Made by a program: the position numbers and the translations under genes. A stretch of DNA of 64,000 nt from a virus, in IMG/VR virus record IMGVR_UViG_3300023240_000018, positions 6,086-70,085 of that record; one strand, written 5' to 3'. The notes under the pieces were generated by a model that was not told where the DNA came from, searched no databases, and saw nothing but the letters and a program-made list of their open reading frames with translations. Positions 8,357 to 17,377 of this stretch are shown here, piece by piece (position 1 is the stretch's first letter; each line of letters starts with the position of its first letter).

Positions 8357-10122
8357 GGGGCCATCCTTATGTTTCGCAGGTTGTTGTGTTGTGCGTTTTG
8401 TGCGGGGGCTCCTGATGATGGAGGAACGTATGTTGCATCGTATCCACCGTCGGTTATCGTCCAATTGCGTGGGGCCGCTGTGAGGATATCCCTCTGAGTT
8501 TGGCCTGTGTCGTGGTATTTACTAGAACCTCCGCCCCACGTGACGCTGTTGTTTGCATTAGCGGATAGCCCTGCCAATAGTGCGTTATAATCTCCGGTGT
8601 TTATCGTATTGCCGGCCCACGCGATCCCAAAATTAGTTCCGCTGCTTGTGTCGATCAGCGGGAAACTTGTTAGGGAATTATCTCGCCATGCGCCTGAAAA
8701 ATCAGTTCCGCTGCTTGTGTCAATCAATGGGAAACTTGTTAGGGAATTCCCGTCCCATGCGCTCTCAAAATCAGTTCCGCTGCTTGTGTCGATCAGCGGG
8801 AAACTTGTTAGGGAATTCCCGAGCCACGCGCCTGAAAAATTAGTTCCGCTGCTTGTGTCAATCAATGGGAAACTTGTTAGGGAATTATTGAACCATGCGC
8901 TCCCAAAATTAGTTCCACTGCTTGTATCGATCAGCGGGAAACTTGTTAGGGAATTCCCGAGCCACGCGCCTGAAAAATTAGTTCCGCTGCTTGTGTCGAT
9001 CAGCGGGAAACTTGTTAGGGAATTATTGAGCCATGCGTTCCCAAAATTAGTTCCGCTGCTTGTGTCGATCAGCGGGAAACTTGTTAGGGAATTATCTCGC
9101 CATGCGCCTGAAAAATTAGTTCCTCTGCTTGTGTCAATCAATGGGAAACTTGTTAGCGAATTCCCTCGCCATGCGTTCCCAAAATCAGTTCCGCTGCTTG
9201 TGTCGATCAGCGGGAAACTTGTTAGGGAATTCCCGTCCCATGCGAATGAAAAAGTAGTTCCACTGCTTGTATCGATCAGCGGGAAACTTGTTAGCGAATT
9301 CTCTCGCCATGCGCCTGAAAAATTAGTTCCGCTGCTTGTGTCAATCAATGGGAAACTTGTTAGGGAATTATTGAGCCATGCGAATGAAAAATTAGTTCCG
9401 CTGCTTGTGTCAATCAATGGGAAACTTGTTAGCGAATTGTTGACCCATGAATATCGAAAATTAGTTCCGCTGCTTGTGTCAATCAATGGGAAACTTGTTA
9501 GCGAATTGTTGAACCATGCGAATAGAAAATTAGTTCCGCTGCTTGTGTCGATCAGCGGGAAACTTGTTAGCGAATTCTCTCGCCATGCGAATGAAAAAAT
9601 AGTTCCACTGCTTGTGTCAATCAATGGGAAACTTGTTAGCGAATTCCCTCGCCATGCGTTCCCAAAATTAGTTCCGCTGCTTGTGTCAATCAGCGGGAAA
9701 CTTGTTAGCGAATTATCTCGCCATGCGAATGAAAAATCAGTAACAAACCCAGTCACTGCTGTTGCGTGATCCGTTGCTGTGATGGTCAAATTGGAGCATC
9801 CGTAGAACGCATCCTCAAACGTGATCCACTTGTTCGTTCCCCAGTTGGCCAACTCCAAGACCTTCAGTTTATCGCCGCCATTATTGAATTTAATAGCGGG
9901 AAATCCACCGGTTGATGACTCCGTGATGCTCAGAGTGTAATCTCCACCAGATGAATACGTGTGAGTCCAACTTGATCCGCTATTTATCGTCTCGTCCGCT
10001 CCACCGTCGCCCCAATCGATGACAAAATCGTACGTCTCGCCCGAATCACCCGGCAGGGTGAATTGCGTGCTACTGGATGTGCCAGAGTTGGTTGTTCGGA
10101 TCAATAGCTGGAATGCACTCAC
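8353..10122 (-). CDS. PKD-like domain plus BspA/DUF285-type repeat adhesin (putative receptor-binding or decoration protein)
   Basis: IDWGDG...THTYSSGGDY PKD signature, WG...W.TFEDAFYGCSNL, then 16 x 23-aa repeats. Confidence 0.75.
   Translation of the reverse strand: MSAFQLLIRTTNSGTSSSTQFTLPGDSGETYDFVIDWGDGGADETINSGSSWTHTYSSGGDYTLSITESSTGGFPAIKFNNGGDKLKVLELANWGTNKWITFEDAFYGCSNLTITATDHATAVTGFVTDFSFAWRDNSLTSFPLIDTSSGTNFGNAWRGNSLTSFPLIDTSSGTIFSFAWRENSLTSFPLIDTSSGTNFLFAWFNNSLTSFPLIDTSSGTNFRYSWVNNSLTSFPLIDTSSGTNFSFAWLNNSLTSFPLIDTSSGTNFSGAWRENSLTSFPLIDTSSGTTFSFAWDGNSLTSFPLIDTSSGTDFGNAWRGNSLTSFPLIDTSRGTNFSGAWRDNSLTSFPLIDTSSGTNFGNAWLNNSLTSFPLIDTSSGTNFSGAWLGNSLTSFPLIDTSSGTNFGSAWFNNSLTSFPLIDTSSGTNFSGAWLGNSLTSFPLIDTSSGTDFESAWDGNSLTSFPLIDTSSGTDFSGAWRDNSLTSFPLIDTSSGTNFGIAWAGNTINTGDYNALLAGLSANANNSVTWGGGSSKYHDTGQTQRDILTAAPRNWTITDGGYDATYVPPSSGAPAQNAQHNNLRNIRMAP
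8617..9740 (-). repeat. 69-bp coding tandem repeat, 16 units (NSLTSFPLIDTSSGT-xFxxAWxx)
   Basis: GGGAAACTTGTTAG recurs every 69 nt. Confidence 0.95.
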
Positions 10123-10124
10123 GA

Positions 10125-10796
10125 TTAACCCCCGCTCGGATTGCCGTCATACCCACTCGGATGACCGACCGGATTGCCGTCAGTCGTCGACAGCAACTCA
10201 TCGGCGTACGATTGCAGTGCGGCTGGCGTCATGTCGTCCGTTGTCTCAAGCCACGCCGCCATTGCGTTCAGACGCCTCTGCTGCGGGTCAATGATCGCCT
10301 GCGGAATCGCCAATGTCGCGGCAATGATTGTCCGTTTAGCATCCTCGTCCATGACCGCTGCCACGACATCCGCTGTCACGTCGCGGTACTTAACACCGCC
10401 AGTCAGCTCGTCCATGTCGGCTTGGATGTCCTCAGCGGATTCCGGTCGTATTGCCTTTGCGGTATTTGTGATCGTCGTGGTCAACTGACCAATCGCAGCC
10501 ACGTCCCCGCTGTGGATCACTCGATTGTGTGTGTTCATGTATCGGATCAATTTGTCGTACGCTGACGATAGGCTTTTACTGCCGACATTGTCGACCGACG
10601 TCTTCAGCGACCCGTCGAGTAAGTCATAACGCTCTAAGACTTTTTGCAGGTCAGGACTCGATCCGTCAGAGTCCACTCCAACAGTGTTACGCACGTGCTG
10701 AGTCATCGCACGAAACGCGGCCGCAATCGTCTCAGTATTTGTAGTGTCGTCGTTGGCAGCTCGCACTGCGTTGATCTCATCGATAGTCGGTCGCAT
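10125..10796 (-). CDS. hypothetical helical protein (possible fibre-associated)
   Basis: ATG at 10796 preceded by AAGGA; 223 aa. Confidence 0.65.
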   Translation of the reverse strand: MRPTIDEINAVRAANDDTTNTETIAAAFRAMTQHVRNTVGVDSDGSSPDLQKVLERYDLLDGSLKTSVDNVGSKSLSSAYDKLIRYMNTHNRVIHSGDVAAIGQLTTTITNTAKAIRPESAEDIQADMDELTGGVKYRDVTADVVAAVMDEDAKRTIIAATLAIPQAIIDPQQRRLNAMAAWLETTDDMTPAALQSYADELLSTTDGNPVGHPSGYDGNPSGG

Positions 10797-10855
10797 GTCG
10801 TTTGATCCTTGAGAGTAAAAAACCCGGTGTCTCCCGTCACACCGGGAAGCCGCAT

Positions 10856-11050
10856 CTATGACGGTCCTGATTCGTTGTGCTTCACGCGGTCGAATGCAAG
10901 CAATTCTTCCGCCAATTTCCAGCGCTCGCAGCACTCGCAGCCGGGCTCATAATGGTCGCACTTGTCGCCAAAATTCTGCGACAACCAAGCATCGAGTCTT
11001 GACCTAAGTGACTTCGCTGTTCGTTCGAACTCCTCGTCCTCGTCGTCCAT
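10856..11050 (-). CDS. small Cys-containing hypothetical protein
   Basis: GGAG upstream of ATG 11050; 64 aa, C.....C.CC. Confidence 0.5.
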   Translation of the reverse strand: MDDEDEEFERTAKSLRSRLDAWLSQNFGDKCDHYEPGCECCERWKLAEELLAFDRVKHNESGPS

Positions 11051-11312
11051 CGATCGCTCCGATTTGCTTCTCAATAATCCGCTCGAGCCATCTGTCGAAT
11101 TCGATCCTGATCGTCTCACGCTCTTGCATGTGACGATTTTCAAGCGTCTCGTATCCACGTTGGATTTCTCGAATGTGATCTGGAATTGCCTTCGTGACTG
11201 CGAAGTGAATCGCCCACCCACCGGACACCAAGATACACATCAGCAGCACGTTGTTGAACGACTGCCCTGCGAGCCAATCAACGGCTTTTGTTTTGAGATC
11301 TTCAGTGGTCAC
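11004..11312 (-). CDS. membrane protein, possible holin-like
   Basis: One hydrophobic segment followed by charged coiled C-terminus. Confidence 0.5.
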   Translation of the reverse strand: MTTEDLKTKAVDWLAGQSFNNVLLMCILVSGGWAIHFAVTKAIPDHIREIQRGYETLENRHMQERETIRIEFDRWLERIIEKQIGAIDGRRGRGVRTNSEVT

Positions 11313-11713
11313 TGAGTGTTTCCGTCGTTGGTTGTGTGCTTACTTGTGTCGTCGTAAAGCCCCATGGCCTGCGACTGTGCCGCAATCTCGTCCAGTAGTC
11401 GTGCCGACTGTCGCTCGCTGTACAGCCCCCAAATAAAGTCGACCCACTTCGCAATCTGCCAGCCCCAATAAATCCACGAAATAACCGACAGGCCCATGCG
11501 TAACCGGACCTGCTTTCGCAACTGCCGACGTGTCAATGGTTCGCCGAACGTTGCGTAGTCGATCACCACGGATGCCGCCGCCTGACTTACTCGCCGAGAC
11601 ATTTTCCCGGCCTCAGTTTCGGCCATGTGTCCGGTGCTGTTTTTGCGATGCGGGGCGATGCCGAATTGCCGATTGATCCGGTTGTTTGTGTCGGCCATTA
11701 CTAGGTTTGTCAT
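11309..11713 (-). CDS. hypothetical membrane-associated protein
   Basis: Coupled overlaps at both ends; Trp-rich hydrophobic stretch. Confidence 0.6.
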   Translation of the reverse strand: MTNLVMADTNNRINRQFGIAPHRKNSTGHMAETEAGKMSRRVSQAAASVVIDYATFGEPLTRRQLRKQVRLRMGLSVISWIYWGWQIAKWVDFIWGLYSERQSARLLDEIAAQSQAMGLYDDTSKHTTNDGNTQ

Positions 11714-12000
11714 TTGGTGGCAATCGTAATGTCAGCCCACGGCCAGACAGTAATCTCGATCCGGTCCCGATATTGACGGATTTCTGTGACGCTAGAATCA
11801 GGTCCCGGCGTGTCAACTTTTGCTGGCTTGTCGAACGTCCAAACCACTGCATCGCCCCGTACTGTAGGCGTCGGCAGTTTTCGGCTTCCGAGCCTGATTT
11901 CTCGACCGCCTACCGTTAGCTTGCCGGCATGAAACAACTCCCACACCAGAGCGTTCGCTGGCGACGGATGCCGCTCGTTGATTTTGAGCAGTGTCGCCAT
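11710..12000 (-). CDS. hypothetical protein
   Basis: ATG 12000 just after upstream stop, GGAGG RBS. Confidence 0.65.
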   Translation of the reverse strand: MATLLKINERHPSPANALVWELFHAGKLTVGGREIRLGSRKLPTPTVRGDAVVWTFDKPAKVDTPGPDSSVTEIRQYRDRIEITVWPWADITIATK

Positions 12001-12001
12001 G

Positions 12002-12832
12002 TTATCGCCTCCGGCCAAACAGACCGCGACGTGTCGAGCGTGACCGCGTAGGACACACACCACCCGGACAGGACGACGTGTTGCTGTATCTGACTGGCTG
12101 AGATTGGGCTCCAGAATCGACACCGTGAGTTTCGCGCAGGTGCGTGGCCAGATCACCGGGCCACGTCCACGACCCGCCACCGTGAAGTGCGTTGTGCGTC
12201 GCGACCATATCGCTGTGTGATGCTGCTGCAGGGCGCGACGGACGAGCAGGGCGAGACACGATCATCTCCGCCTGTGTGTCCAGCAGATTAGACTTAAGCC
12301 ACCTGAGCATTGTGTCGCTGTATCCGTACTGCACTGCGTAGCCCGTCTCTGATGTCGCTGAGCGGAAACGGATTGCGGGTCTACTGCCGCCGATCCCGTT
12401 ACCTGATGCCACGGCGATCGTAAATTCGTCGAGCATGCCGGATGCAATGTCGGCGCGAAGTCGGTCACATGGCGGGCAGTTGAAATCAGCGTAGGTGACC
12501 CACAGCGTCGGCTTGTCATTGGACTCGACAGTCTTACCCCCACAGACACACGGGTCGCACTCGCAGTCGGCACAATCACAATCCACAGTGGACGCCCCAC
12601 CCGTCTCCGTCACTAGTGGCACTAGATCCTCAGGGCTAGCGTCCAGCTGCTGGATTATCCTGTCGAGCTTCGCTGTCTGGTCGGTCAATTGTGCGTGCGT
12701 CGTGTCGTTTTGGCTGGCCAAAGCGGACACTCCGGAGAGCGATCGTTTGAGCATCGTCAGTTCGGCTGAGTCCGGTGCTGACTGAGTACAGCCGCACAGG
12801 CATATTGTTATCGTCAACAAAATGGTTCGCAT
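12002..12832 (-). CDS. putative lipoprotein with thioredoxin-like CPPC motif
   Basis: Signal peptide ending LCGC, CDCADCECDPCVC cluster, CPPC, RPA/P motif. Confidence 0.65.
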   Translation of the reverse strand: MRTILLTITICLCGCTQSAPDSAELTMLKRSLSGVSALASQNDTTHAQLTDQTAKLDRIIQQLDASPEDLVPLVTETGGASTVDCDCADCECDPCVCGGKTVESNDKPTLWVTYADFNCPPCDRLRADIASGMLDEFTIAVASGNGIGGSRPAIRFRSATSETGYAVQYGYSDTMLRWLKSNLLDTQAEMIVSRPARPSRPAAASHSDMVATHNALHGGGSWTWPGDLATHLRETHGVDSGAQSQPVRYSNTSSCPGGVCPTRSRSTRRGLFGRRR

Positions 12833-12835
12833 ATT

Positions 12836-13114
12836 CTATTCCTGTTCTAGCGACAGTGGCGTGTATTCCATGCCGCATTTAGCAGCGGCAATTATAACAG
12901 CGGATCGAAACACGCCTTTGCTTGCGAATGCACCGTGTCCCCCTACCCAAAAGGGTATGGCTTTTTGAATCTCTTGGGCGATTTTGTTGCGGCCTTTTAC
13001 GCTGTCTCTCCAATCTGGCCACACCTGTTCTTGCCACGTATCGAAAAAATGGACGAGCGTCAGGTAATCGGCAGTGACTGTGACGGTTTGTCCGTCAGCG
13101 TTGTTTGTAATCAT
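12836..13114 (-). CDS. hypothetical protein
   Basis: 92-aa ORF with AGGA RBS. Confidence 0.6.
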   Translation of the reverse strand: MITNNADGQTVTVTADYLTLVHFFDTWQEQVWPDWRDSVKGRNKIAQEIQKAIPFWVGGHGAFASKGVFRSAVIIAAAKCGMEYTPLSLEQE

Positions 13115-13148
13115 CGTGTAGTTTCCTGCGTTTTGGGTAGGAAGTAAT

Positions 13149-13976
13149 TCAAATCCTCAAATCGTTTTTCATGTCGTCGAGCGTGTATTCTCGGGGCTGC
13201 ATGTTGGGCATGTCCGACAGCCCCACAAACGTCGTGTTTTGATAACGCAACATCTGTTTGATCGCTGTTGGGCTCCATTCGGCCCAGCCGTTTTGCCCCC
13301 AAGTGTTGGCCCACGAATTTAGAATCCAGGCGTACGGATCGCCGTTGGAATCAACTCTGGTTGACAGACACAGAGCGCAGATCGAATGACCGCCGTCTCG
13401 CCCGCCGCTGGAATACGAATCCACCAGTTTTCGATTGACGGTGCTGTTCCAGCCGATGCCCTGATGGATTCCGCCGAGCCCAGCGCCGAGGAACGTCCGG
13501 TAGCCGTCGTAGCTGGTGATCTGCGTGCTGCTGCCGACTGTGTAGTTTTTTGCGTCTGCCAAAACTGCTGAGTAATCCGACGGCCGTGCTGGACTGTAAC
13601 TGCGTGGATACCTCCACAATTCCTCGCGGCACAAGCCTGTATTGATGGCCAATTTAACGCCCGCTGATATGGTTGAGCCACGGTCGCCACGGATGTTGCT
13701 CAGCTTCTGAGCCTCGTAGTATCCCATGGCCCGGCTGAGCTGAAACCATTTTGCCTCGCCGTGGAGCACGACGTAAATCCATTCCATCACGGACGACAGC
13801 GAGTGACCAGCGCACGCCCCTTGGCCGCCCTGATTTTCGACGATCGCCAGCGACCGGACGTCTAACCGGACCTCATTGTACGTGCCACGCATGGCCAAAA
13901 CGTTAGTCTCGCGAGACAGTGACCGGATGTATTCTTGGTCTTCTAGCTCGATCGGATAGCCGGTAAAGTTGGTCAT
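13149..13976 (-). CDS. papain-like (C1) cysteine peptidase
   Basis: NQGGQGACAGHS (Gln/Cys), GGHSI (His), ILNSW..TWG.NG (Asn). Confidence 0.85.
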   Translation of the reverse strand: MTNFTGYPIELEDQEYIRSLSRETNVLAMRGTYNEVRLDVRSLAIVENQGGQGACAGHSLSSVMEWIYVVLHGEAKWFQLSRAMGYYEAQKLSNIRGDRGSTISAGVKLAINTGLCREELWRYPRSYSPARPSDYSAVLADAKNYTVGSSTQITSYDGYRTFLGAGLGGIHQGIGWNSTVNRKLVDSYSSGGRDGGHSICALCLSTRVDSNGDPYAWILNSWANTWGQNGWAEWSPTAIKQMLRYQNTTFVGLSDMPNMQPREYTLDDMKNDLRI

Positions 13977-14527
13977 TGCGACGCCTCCAGTTTGTCGGCC
14001 ATCTGAACCAGCGTCCCGGCGTCAATTGCCTCGGCCAGCATGTCGGTATACGGCACCCAGTCCGTCCTGCGTGCGGCTGCTCGTCGGTCATTTACGGCGA
14101 CGACGATTGCTCGGCGATCGGCTGCGGTTTCTGCTGGCATCGTCGCGGCGTCTCGCAGGATTGCGGCTTGGCTGGCTCGGTCAGCCGCATGGCACGTGGC
14201 CAACACGTCGCCGACAACCATCTGATCCAGCGTCCCGGCGTCAATTGCCTCAGCCAACATTTCGGTGTACGGCATCCAGTCCGTCGTATGCGCTGCTGCT
14301 CGCCGATCGTTTACTGCTACGACGATCGCCCGGAGGTCATCCGAAGTCACCGCGGGCATCGTGGCGGCGTCTCGCAGAATTGCAACCTGGCTGGCACGGT
14401 CAGCCGCATGGCTGTTTGCTAACGCCTCGCCGACAGCCGACGTGGTATCTGACGTACTATCCGACGTAGGCACCAGCAGCAAAACGCCGCCGATAATCGC
14501 GATAATTGCGGGGGCGAATCGTTTCAT
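13973..14527 (-). CDS. membrane-anchored protein with 73-aa tandem duplication
   Basis: N-terminal TM/signal; 219-bp imperfect direct repeat. Confidence 0.75.
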   Translation of the reverse strand: MKRFAPAIIAIIGGVLLLVPTSDSTSDTTSAVGEALANSHAADRASQVAILRDAATMPAVTSDDLRAIVVAVNDRRAAAHTTDWMPYTEMLAEAIDAGTLDQMVVGDVLATCHAADRASQAAILRDAATMPAETAADRRAIVVAVNDRRAAARRTDWVPYTDMLAEAIDAGTLVQMADKLEASQ

Positions 14528-14868
14528 TCTGCCACCGCCGTTTCAACCGGCCTGCCCTCAAGATCTCTGATCCTCGCGACCTGAGCTGCATCCCGAGACG
14601 CACCGGAGGTGAGCTGCGCGATTATACTGTCGGCGGAGGCGCTGCCCATTGATTTGACGATGTCCTCCACCCACGCGACGGCACCGGGTGGCGGTAGTTC
14701 ATCCGCCAATCGAGCTGTCAAGGAATCCTTGACAGCTGAATCGTCAACTGTTGAGTGATCCTTAACAGTTCGGCCCGTCCACATCTGATAGGCCAGAGTT
14801 CCGACGCCGCCCACGGCCATGACAGCCCCGAAAATCGGCATCCAGTTAATCGTGATCGTTGCAATCAT
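14524..14868 (-). CDS. single-TM membrane protein
   Basis: WMPIFGAVMAVGGVGTLAY hydrophobic helix; GAGG RBS. Confidence 0.65.
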   Translation of the reverse strand: MIATITINWMPIFGAVMAVGGVGTLAYQMWTGRTVKDHSTVDDSAVKDSLTARLADELPPPGAVAWVEDIVKSMGSASADSIIAQLTSGASRDAAQVARIRDLEGRPVETAVAE

Positions 14869-14882
14869 CGGCTCGACCTCGG

Positions 14883-15218
14883 TTATACGTAGATTGACAG
14901 ACCTGTTTTCGCAAGGTCCAGAACAGCCTGCACGACCGGCCGCAGAAGACTGGCCTCCATACTCTCGGTCATCCACGGGATGTCGATCCGATCGTTGAGC
15001 ACGTTGACCAAGATGTCCTCAAGCCGGCCCAACTCCTCAGCGCTCAATCCGTCTGCTGCATCGAGGACAAACGTCTTGATTGAGTCAGGGATTCGCGGGC
15101 CGATCAGATTGACGCACCACGCGATTGCGACCGCTTCCTGCTCTTCGGAAAGAAACGGCAGGTCAAGCTGTACGTTGATCCGGGCCGTGAGTGCCGCGTT
15201 GAAATCGTGGTCGGTCAT
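14883..15218 (-). CDS. hypothetical protein with two internal (L/I)D(L/I)P(F/W)..E..E motifs
   Basis: ATG 15218 with AAAGG RBS. Confidence 0.65.
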   Translation of the reverse strand: MTDHDFNAALTARINVQLDLPFLSEEQEAVAIAWCVNLIGPRIPDSIKTFVLDAADGLSAEELGRLEDILVNVLNDRIDIPWMTESMEASLLRPVVQAVLDLAKTGLSIYV

Positions 15219-15281
15219 GGGAACGCCTTTGGTGGTGTGCGGAATGGTTCCTGCCACATTCTGCGGATTCCGGGCTGATTG

Positions 15282-15512
15282 TCAAGGCCAATCCCATGAC
15301 AGGCCCTTCAGCGCTTCTGCGATTTTTCGCTTCAGGTCGTTCAGCTGTTTTTCGGCTTCGTCGGCACGCTGCTTTTCGATGAGCAGTTCTTTCGACAGCA
15401 TTCGCGCGCGATGATTCGAGCTTATCACCTGATCTATCAGCTGCATGTTCCGGTCGCGCATGGCCCGCAACTTCAATCGGGACGTCAGAATCTCCGTTAG
15501 CGTTTTGATCAT
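15282..15512 (-). CDS. small coiled-coil hypothetical protein
   Basis: 76-aa ORF, charged heptads. Confidence 0.5.
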   Translation of the reverse strand: MIKTLTEILTSRLKLRAMRDRNMQLIDQVISSNHRARMLSKELLIEKQRADEAEKQLNDLKRKIAEALKGLSWDWP

Positions 15513-15624
15513 CGTACAAGCCTTTCGTTCGAACCCTGGAAACGTATGTTCACGAAACAGATTTCGTTAACATGGCGGGTTTTTATGCGCCGATTATGCG
15601 TCGGTTATGCGTCGTTTTCGTGAC

Positions 15625-16011
15625 TCATTCTGGGTTCCTCAGCTTGTCGTTCGCGGCCCTCAGTTTGTTGTTCTCGTGCCGCAGGACTGCCATTTTGCCT
15701 TGGGTCTGATGCACCAGTTTTTTCCATCGTCTCGCCTGCCGTTTACTGCATTCCAATCGGCTTTTAAGCATCTCGGTTTCTTGGCCCGTTGCATTCCATT
15801 GTCGCTGCAAATACATCCACGTCTGCGGATCATTGCCGAACAGGATCGCCAGCCGGTCTGCAATGGCCTGAGTGACATGAGTAGTCCCGTCGAGCAGATC
15901 AGCGATCTGCTGAGTCGTCATGTCGTCCCACGCGTTTGCGAGATCCTCACGCGTCATGCCTCGGGCGGTCATTTCGTCTCGAATGTAGACCGCAGGTTTA
16001 AACCCACTCAC
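15625..16011 (-). CDS. XRE/HigA-like HTH protein with C-terminal coiled coil
   Basis: PAVYIRDEM.ARGMT.EDLA...IT..IA.RLA..FG.DPQ.WM.LQ. Confidence 0.75.
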   Translation of the reverse strand: MSGFKPAVYIRDEMTARGMTREDLANAWDDMTTQQIADLLDGTTHVTQAIADRLAILFGNDPQTWMYLQRQWNATGQETEMLKSRLECSKRQARRWKKLVHQTQGKMAVLRHENNKLRAANDKLRNPE

Positions 16012-16379
16012 TGGACCACCTCCGAATAAGCCGCCAGCAGTTTTTCGATTCGCGATTCCTCGGCGTGTTTCTCCGCGAGAAACGTCGCCAGCAGCTGGGC
16101 TTTTGCAAGCTCAATCTCTGCACGTCGATCGATCACCAGTCGCTCGAAATCATCCTGCCACGGCCCGTCGTGTTTCCATCCGTACTCTTCGGTGCCGAGG
16201 AGTCCATAGACCTGAACTGCGTCGCGGCCTAGGTATCCCGGCACGAACCCTTCGGGCACGACGTAAATCTCAAACGCCCTGCCTTGGCGAGCTGCTCCGA
16301 CGTGAAGCCACAGCCGACCGTACAGTCCGGTTTCGAACAGCTCGGCGTATTCTCTTGCGCTGCCAAAATCTTCAGTCAT
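16008..16379 (-). CDS. hypothetical protein
   Basis: GGAG RBS before ATG 16379. Confidence 0.6.
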   Translation of the reverse strand: MTEDFGSAREYAELFETGLYGRLWLHVGAARQGRAFEIYVVPEGFVPGYLGRDAVQVYGLLGTEEYGWKHDGPWQDDFERLVIDRRAEIELAKAQLLATFLAEKHAEESRIEKLLAAYSEVVQ

Positions 16380-16641
16380 CGGTATCTCCGCATTTAAAGC
16401 AAATCGTGCGAACATCATCATCCTCTGGATCCCACTGGCAATCGGGGCAGCACTCGTCGCCACAGACGTCACACGTGCTGGCCGAGTGGCCTTCACCGCC
16501 GCCGCCGCAACCCCTGCACCAGACCATGATGTCGCCGCAGTTATCGCACCTGCTTCCGTGTTCGATTGAGCCGCGATACTCGACACCACAACACGGAAAC
16601 CAATCGGGCCGTGTCTCGTCAGATTCCCGTAAATTATTCAT
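16372..16641 (-). CDS. Cys-rich zinc-ribbon protein
   Basis: Multiple CxxC pairs including CxGCxGxG. Confidence 0.6.
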   Translation of the reverse strand: MNNLRESDETRPDWFPCCGVEYRGSIEHGSRCDNCGDIMVWCRGCGGGGEGHSASTCDVCGDECCPDCQWDPEDDDVRTICFKCGDTDD

Positions 16642-16894
16642 CGCTGTCCCTCCATCCCATGCCATTATCGATCCAACGCAACTCCGCGTCGTCTCCAGCG
16701 ATCACCTGACCGATCGTCTCCCACGGGTCGTGTTCGAACGTGCATTGTGCTAGTTCGAATCGTTCTGTCTGCTCTGTCTGCGCGGCCACAAACCAGAAGT
16801 CATGATCAGGCTGGTAAAAACAGCACCCGAAATACCACTTGCTGGTCGCTGTCGGTCGGTGCTTAAATCTCTGCGGAAGTAGCTGTCCAGTCAT
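16634..16894 (-). CDS. hypothetical protein
   Basis: AGGAG RBS, coupled overlaps. Confidence 0.6.
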   Translation of the reverse strand: MTGQLLPQRFKHRPTATSKWYFGCCFYQPDHDFWFVAAQTEQTERFELAQCTFEHDPWETIGQVIAGDDAELRWIDNGMGWRDSDE

Positions 16895-17172
16895 TGCGCG
16901 CTCCTAGTAAATCCCCTTTTGAGCCGAGAGCAGAAGACACACCCCCCGACCCCCATCGCCGAAACCGGCGATAGTTTACGGAGGCAGTCCCCTTCGTCAC
17001 GTCGGACGTCGGAACCACTTCTTCGGCCTTTTATTTTGCGTGGCGAATCCAAAAAACTGATTTGTTCCGGGATTCGATCGTTTTTAAAACTCCCGAGACA
17101 GAACCTTTCGCGACATATTGCACGCCATTTATCATTGTACTTGCTCCTCATCTTCGGTTTGTAAAACATCAA
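16891..17172 (-). CDS. basic hypothetical protein
   Basis: ORF filling operon gap. Confidence 0.4.
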   Translation of the reverse strand: MMFYKPKMRSKYNDKWRAICRERFCLGSFKNDRIPEQISFLDSPRKIKGRRSGSDVRRDEGDCLRKLSPVSAMGVGGCVFCSRLKRGFTRSAQ

Positions 17173-17377
17173 GGACTACCTGAATCCGTTCACACTGCTC
17201 AGCGTCCTGCGATTTCTCCAACTTCACAACCAACCCGCGAATGAACTTTTCATCACACACCATCCAAACACCCCGGGGAATCGTGCAGTTATCAGTCTTG
17301 ACCTCCACTCGATCAGCGAACCAGACCGGCAAGCTGATAATCTGGGCAGGACGGGGGGTTAGGCTAATATATTTCAT
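17132..17377 (-). CDS. hypothetical protein
   Basis: 81-aa ORF. Confidence 0.5.
   Translation of the reverse strand: MKYISLTPRPAQIISLPVWFADRVEVKTDNCTIPRGVWMVCDEKFIRGLVVKLEKSQDAEQCERIQVVLDVLQTEDEEQVQ

Noticed and set aside
8617-9740. Possible CRISPR array or DGR variable region
   Set aside because: Units are in-frame coding repeats with reused short variable parts, not unique spacers. No reverse transcriptase or separate template repeat is seen.
8597-9769. 390-aa + strand ORF with periodic sequence
   Set aside because: Antisense shadow of the 69-bp coding repeat; no RBS or independent support.
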